Positions 59,311 to 64,000 of a stretch of 64,000 nt of DNA are shown here, one piece after another (position 1 is the stretch's first letter; each line of letters begins with the position of its first letter). Origin of the DNA: an uncultured Planctomycetota bacterium (lineage in GTDB: Bacteria; Planctomycetota; Planctomycetia; Isosphaerales; Isosphaeraceae); contig CAWGMQ010000003.1 of assembly GCA_963823665.1 (NCBI GenBank), positions 1,434,388 to 1,498,387 of the forward strand, in the 5' to 3' direction. The notes beneath the pieces are model-generated. The model ran no database searches and had not been told where the DNA came from. It saw nothing but the letters and a program-made list of their open reading frames with translations. Made by a program: the position numbers and the translations under genes.

Positions 59311-59639
59311 TCAATAAAAGTCGATCCGGTATTCCTCGAACAGCGTGACGATGGCCTTCTTCCAGTGTCCGCATCCGGCCGACCTTGACCCGATAGCGAC
59401 GGCGGCTTGCCCCGGCGGTTCTGGGTGCGCACGCCCATCACCTTGACGTCGAAGAGCGTCTCGATCGCCGTCTTGATTTCCGTCTTCGTCGCCAGCGGAT
59501 TGACCTCGAACGTGTAGGCGTTGTCCCGCTCGGAGACGTGGGTCGCCTTCTCGGTGATCAGCGGTCGGACGATCACCTGGTATGGCTCCAGGACCGGCCC
59601 GGACCGTGTAGATTGCGGCGGTCGACGCAGGGTAACCAT
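59311..59639 (-). CDS. rplW: 50S ribosomal protein L23 (frameshift ~59400)
   Basis: [16 protein letters not shown]...[24 protein letters not shown] in one frame; ...[10 protein letters not shown]-term in another. Confidence 0.75.
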
Positions 59640-59719
59640 GGTGGATCAGCTCTCCGTATGAGGCGCCGCCGTTGCCGAAGAAACGCCCGGGCGCCGGCTT
59701 GCCTGCTGCTTCGCGCAGT

Positions 59720-60431
59720 TCCTTGAGCGTCTCGAGCGCCTCGCGAGTGAGCACAAGGTAGCGTTGCTTCAGGATGTCGTACGTGTTGAATTCGGTCACG
59801 GGGGCGACCATCACGCCGTCGATGTTTCGCGCACTGGCATGAATCACCAGGTCGTGGGCAGGCAGCCCGAACAGGATGGTGCGCCGATCGAGCGTCCGCC
59901 GCCTCGCCGCGGCCTTGGTTTCGCCGACCGACTCGACCTCGTCCTCCCCCAGGTCAGGCCGACTTGATGGCTCGAAGCATGCTGGCGACTTCCTTGGTCT
60001 GGGGCTTCGTCAGCTTCAGGCCGTCGAGCACGATGGCCTGACGGTCCTGAAACTTGGAAAGCAGTGCCATGCGAATGGCGGTGCGAACGGCCTTCTTGGG
60101 CATCGAGTAGCGATAGTCCCGGTTCCGCCGCGCGAAGGCGACGCCGCCGCCCTTCGCGTTTGTTGGTGCGCTTCGGGCCCACGCGGGCGTTGCCCGTTCC
60201 CTTCTGGCGGAAGAGCTTCTTGCCCGACCCGGCCACATCAGCTCGGCCGCGCGTGTTGACCGTGCCGACACGGCGCGCCGCCAGATGCATGAGGACCACT
60301 TCGTGCAAGAGCTGCTTGTTGATCGTGCCGCCGAAATCGGCCGGGTCGATCGTTTCCTCGCCGATCGGCTCACCGGTTGCGCTGTAAACGGGTACTGTCA
60401 ACATCGTTCGATCCATTTGCGGTTCGTTCAT
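59720..60431 (-). CDS. rplD: 50S ribosomal protein L4 (frameshifts ~60170 and ~59850-59960)
   Basis: GSGKKLFRQKGTGNAR (frame 1); GGGVAFARRNRDYRYSMPKKAVRTAIRMALLSK (frame 2); LNTYDILK-like C-term (frame 3). Confidence 0.8.
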
Positions 60432-60473
60432 GGGAGCACGGCAGTGACACTGGCCACGCGTGCTCGATTCGAT

Positions 60474-61118
60474 TCAGTCCGTGATTACACCTTGTTTGTC
60501 TGCCTGATCGTGAGATAGCCGCCGTTGGGGCCCGGGCACTGCCCCCTTGATCAGGAGCAGATTGTTGTCCTTGTCGACCCGGACGACCTCGAGGTTGCGC
60601 ACCGTCACCTGAGCGTTGCCCATATGCCCCGGTTTCCGGATGCCCTTCTGGGTTCGTGCCGGATCGGCGCTGGGACCCGACGAGCCCGGGTGCCGGTGCA
60701 TTCGCTTGACACCGTGGCTGGCCCGCAGCCCGCGGAACCCGTGCCGCTTCATCACGCCCGCAAAACCACGCCCCTTGCTGATGCCGGTCACGTCGACGCT
60801 CGAAATCGCGTTGAACAGATCGACCGTCAAGGTCTGCCCTTCGGCGATCTCGGTTGGCCCGTCCTGGCGCACTTCGCGGACAAATCGCTTCGGCTCGCCG
60901 CTCACCTTCCGTGCATGACCTCGCTCGGCCTGGTTGGCCTTCTTCCGTTTCTTGTCGTCAAACCCGAGCTGCCACGCGTGGTAACCGTCGCGGTCTTCGG
61001 TGCGAACCTGCAGCACCGTGCAAGGCCCGCATTCAAGGACCGTGACCGGCACGACCACACCGTTCTCTTGATAGATCTGGGTCATGCCGACTTTTCGCCC
61101 GAGCAACCCGACACGCAT
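60474..61118 (-). CDS. rplC: 50S ribosomal protein L3 (probable 3'-terminal frameshift ~60530)
   Basis: MRVGLLGRKVGMTQIYQENGVVVPVTVLECGPCTV. Confidence 0.85.
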   Translation of the reverse strand: MRVGLLGRKVGMTQIYQENGVVVPVTVLECGPCTVLQVRTEDRDGYHAWQLGFDDKKRKKANQAERGHARKVSGEPKRFVREVRQDGPTEIAEGQTLTVDLFNAISSVDVTGISKGRGFAGVMKRHGFRGLRASHGVKRMHRHPGSSGPSADPARTQKGIRKPGHMGNAQVTVRNLEVVRVDKDNNLLLIKGAVPGPQRRLSHDQADKQGVITD

Positions 61119-61413
61119 CGCCCCGACTCCCTCTGACTGACGAACGTTTGATTCCAGCGGCATGAACCGACGGTTCACCCGGCGGCGTTTTCGATGCCGT
61201 CATGCACCTGGCGTGTTTCGGTCAGGTTTCAACACAGATTGCCGCCAGGCATCACGGCAACCCGGGCATCAGAGCTATCGCACGGCGGCCGTTAAAGGTT
61301 ACGCCGATTGAGGCATCCGACGCGACCGGACTTCTCACGCACGACCGTTAAGGTCATGCGCGGTCCAGGAAACCGTCAAACCTGCCCCTCGGAGACCGAG
61401 GTCTTCACCTCGA

Positions 61414-61770
61414 TCACGTTCCCGCTGGGGAAGCCTTGATCTTGATGTCCACCCCCGCGGGGAGGCTTAGCTTGTTGAGCGCGTCGATCGTCTTGTTGGT
61501 CGGTTGAACGATGTCGATCAATCGCTTATGCGTCCGGATCTCGAACTGCTCCCGCGACTTCTTGTCGATGTGCGGGCTCCGGAGCACCGTGTAGCGTTCG
61601 ATGCGAGTCGGCAGCGGAATCGGCCCGTGGACAATCGCCTCCGTCCGCTTCGCGGTGTCGACGATGTCCTTGGCGGATTGATCGAGGATGGTATGGTCAT
61701 ACGCCTCCATCCTGATCCGGATCCGCTCGTTGCTGTTTCCCGCCACCGTGCTGTCATCCTTCCCGGTCAA
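61414..61770 (-). CDS. rpsJ: 30S ribosomal protein S10
   Basis: [73 protein letters not shown]. Confidence 0.9.
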   Translation of the reverse strand: MTGKDDSTVAGNSNERIRIRMEAYDHTILDQSAKDIVDTAKRTEAIVHGPIPLPTRIERYTVLRSPHIDKKSREQFEIRTHKRLIDIVQPTNKTIDALNKLSLPAGVDIKIKASPAGT

Positions 61771-61904
61771 ACCAAAATGATCAACGTATCAACGAGACCC
61801 TTCTCAAGCGGACCTCGCACTTCACGTAGGAAAGTAAAAGTGTAGCAAGCGATAATTGAGCAGTCAACGTAGTTCAATGAGGAATTTGTAATTGGATTGG
61901 AGGG

Positions 61905-64000
61905 CTACATCCCGGCGATGGCCTCCAGAAGACTCTCGGGTGCCGCCGCGTATTCAAGCGGCTCCATGGTATACCCCGCCCGCCCCTGGCTCAGGCTGCG
62001 AACGGCCGTCGAGTAGCCGAACATCTTCTCGAGCGGTGCCCGCGCATCGATCACCATCAGCCGTCCGCGGCTGCTGGTGCGCTCGATGAGTGCCCGCCGG
62101 CTCGACAGATCGGCCGTGATTCCGCCCAGATACTCTTCAGGAGTGACGACCTCCAGCCGCATGATCGGCTCGAGCAAGACCGACCCGGCCTCCTGCACGG
62201 CCCTTCCGCAGCGCATCCGACGCCGCAAACCGAAACGCCAGGTCGTTCGAATCGACGTCGTGAGTCGCGCCATCGACGAGCGTCACCTTGAGGTCAACCA
62301 GCGGATATCCGGTCCGCCCTCCCGACTTGGCTTCCTCGCGCAGTCCCATCTCGATCGACGGACAGAAACTCAGCCGGAATCACGCCTCCCTTGAGCTTGT
62401 TCATGAAGTGGAGCACCGGCGCTCCCTTGGGCTGCGTCTCCGGCTCGACGTCGATCGTGACCTTGGCATAAAGACCCGAGCCGCCCGTCTGGCGAATGCA
62501 AGACCCCTCCACCCGCCGCACCGCGCGTTTGATCGTTTCGCGGTAACTCACCCGCGGCCTGCCCACATGCACGTTCAGCTTGAAGTCGCGAGTCATCCGG
62601 TTCTTGAGGATCTCCAGATGCAGCTCGCCCATGCCCGAGATCAAGGTCTGCCCCGTCTCTTCATTCACCCGAAACGTGAATGTCGGGTCTTCGCGCGCGA
62701 GCGCCCCCAGCGTGTCGGCCAGCTTGCCCTTGTCGGCCGAGCTCACCGGCTCGATCGACATGCTCATGACCGTCTCGGGAAACTCGATTCGCTCGAGCAA
62801 GATCGGGATGCGCTCCGTCGCAGAGCGTGTCTCCGGTCACCGAGTCCTTGAGCCCGACAATCCCGGCGATATCCCCGGCAAGCGCCTCGGTGATCTGCTC
62901 GCGGTCATCGGCCCGGATGTGGTAAAGCCGCGAACAGTTCTCCTTCTTGTCCTTGCCGGGGTTATAAACGCGGCTGCCCGACTTGAGCCGGCCCGAGTAG
63001 ACCCGCACGAACGAAAGGTCCCCGTGGGCATCGCTCGTGATCTTGAAGACCAGCCCGCAGAACGGTTCGTCCGGGCTCGGCTTGCGCGTGATCTCGGTCC
63101 CTTTCTTCGGGATGATGGCCCATCACCGGCGGCTTGTCGAGCGGGCTCGGCAAGTACGCGGCCACCGCGTCCAGCAGCCGCTGCACGCCAACGTACCGCA
63201 GGCTCGAGCCGCACAGCACCGGGTGCGCCTGGCCCGTCAGCGTCACCCGCCGCAGTGCCGCGGTGATCGCGCTCGCCGGCAGGTCGGCCCCTTCGAGATG
63301 GGCCATGAACGCCTCGGTGAACACCTCGTCCTTGTCGGCCAGACTGTTGAGCATCTTCTCCCGCCACAGCTCGGCGCCCGGCAAGAGGTCCTCGGGAATT
63401 TCCGTCTCGGTGATCGTCGAGCCCATGTCTTCGGTCTTGTAGTAAAGCGCCTTCATCGCGATCAGGTCGATCAGCCCCTTGAACTCGCCCATCGTCCCTT
63501 CCGGCCCGGCCCCGATCGGGATCTGCACGGGAATCGGATGGCTGTCGACCAGACGTTCTTCGATCTCGTGGTACACTCGCTCGAACTCGCTGCCGATGCG
63601 GTCCATCTTGTTGATGAAGCAGATCCGCGGCACACGATACTTGGCCGCCTGCCGCCACACCGTTTCGCTCTGGGCCTCGACCCCCTCGACGGCGGAGAAA
63701 ACCACCACCGCGCCGTCCAGCACGCGCAGCGAACGCTCGACCTCGGCCGTGAAGTCCACGTGCCCGGGCGTATCGATGATGTTGATCAAGAGCGGACGCC
63801 CGTCGGCGTCTTTCCACGTGCACGTGATTGCCGCCGCGACAATCGTGATCCCTCGCTCGCGCTCCTCGTCGAGATAGTCGGTGGTGGTGTTCCCCTTGTC
63901 GACATCCCCCATCCGGTGGATCTCACCGGTGTAATAAAGGATGCGCTCGGTGGTCGTCGTCTTGCCCGCATCGATGTGCGCAATGATGCCGATATTGCGA
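61905..64000 (-). CDS. fusA: elongation factor G, 5' end beyond window, coding sequence split over at least 5 frames
   Basis: G-domain RNIGIIAHIDAGKTTTTERIL...DTPGHVDFT (62962..64000); domain II (62661..63008); domain IV (62294..62800); GYPLVDLKV...HDVDSNDLAFRFAA (62137..62349); domain V (61905..62273). Confidence 0.85.

Noticed and set aside
61771-61904. Absence of tuf between fusA and rpsJ
   Set aside because: tuf commonly resides elsewhere (with secE-nusG) in many phyla; not anomalous.
62837-63823. 328-aa minus ORF overlapping fusA
   Set aside because: An alternative frame of fusA (Arg-rich); the real fusA is the G-domain frame.

Overview
High-GC (~65%) bacterial chromosomal segment, most likely Planctomycetota. 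The cue is a recurrent N-terminal motif on secreted proteins (Arg-rich, then LE-x-LE-(D/E)R-x-(L/V)L), together with PEP-CTERM, dockerin-like and Pirellula/Verrucomicrobium-type cytochrome c CxxCH dehydrogenase proteins. The last ~19 kb (44.9-64.0 kb, all minus strand) is the conserved ribosomal S10-spc-alpha super-operon: fusA (partial), rpsJ, rplC/D/W/B, rpsS, rplV, rpsC, rplP, rpmC, rpsQ, rplN/X/E, rpsN(Z), rpsH, rplF/R, rpsE, rplO, secY, map, rpmJ, rpsM/K/D, rpoA, rplQ. The first ~44 kb is accessory-like. It holds an ECF sigma factor with a fused C-terminal extension, a PEP-CTERM protein and a ~3.8 kb giant secreted protein. That protein has Pmp-like Gly-rich repeats, Ig-like tandem repeats, dockerin-like motifs and a C-terminal metzincin-like domain. 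The region also has a TPR-sulfotransferase and a ~490 bp segmental duplicate of the giant protein's 3' end. Further along are a lower-GC islet with an orphan HicB, a Shedu/DUF4263-like nuclease and a 33-aa hydrophobic ORF, then a BlaI repressor with a BlaR1-like M56 peptidase fused to WD40. A repeat-rich hypothetical gene is flanked by three copies of a hairpin repeat. Next come a 1,772-aa single-chain NHLM/NHLP-type bacteriocin exporter (C39 peptidase plus two TMD-NBD halves fused), flotillin, CYTH, a Gfo/Idh/MocA oxidoreductase, a cytochrome c dehydrogenase, YyaL, GH5 and a prenyltransferase-repeat protein. Many genes, including essential ones (fusA, rplB, rplD, rplW, rplX), are split across frames, so the assembly probably carries many small indel errors and all frameshift or pseudogene calls must be read with that in mind. 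No rRNA, tRNA or CRISPR array was recognised by eye.
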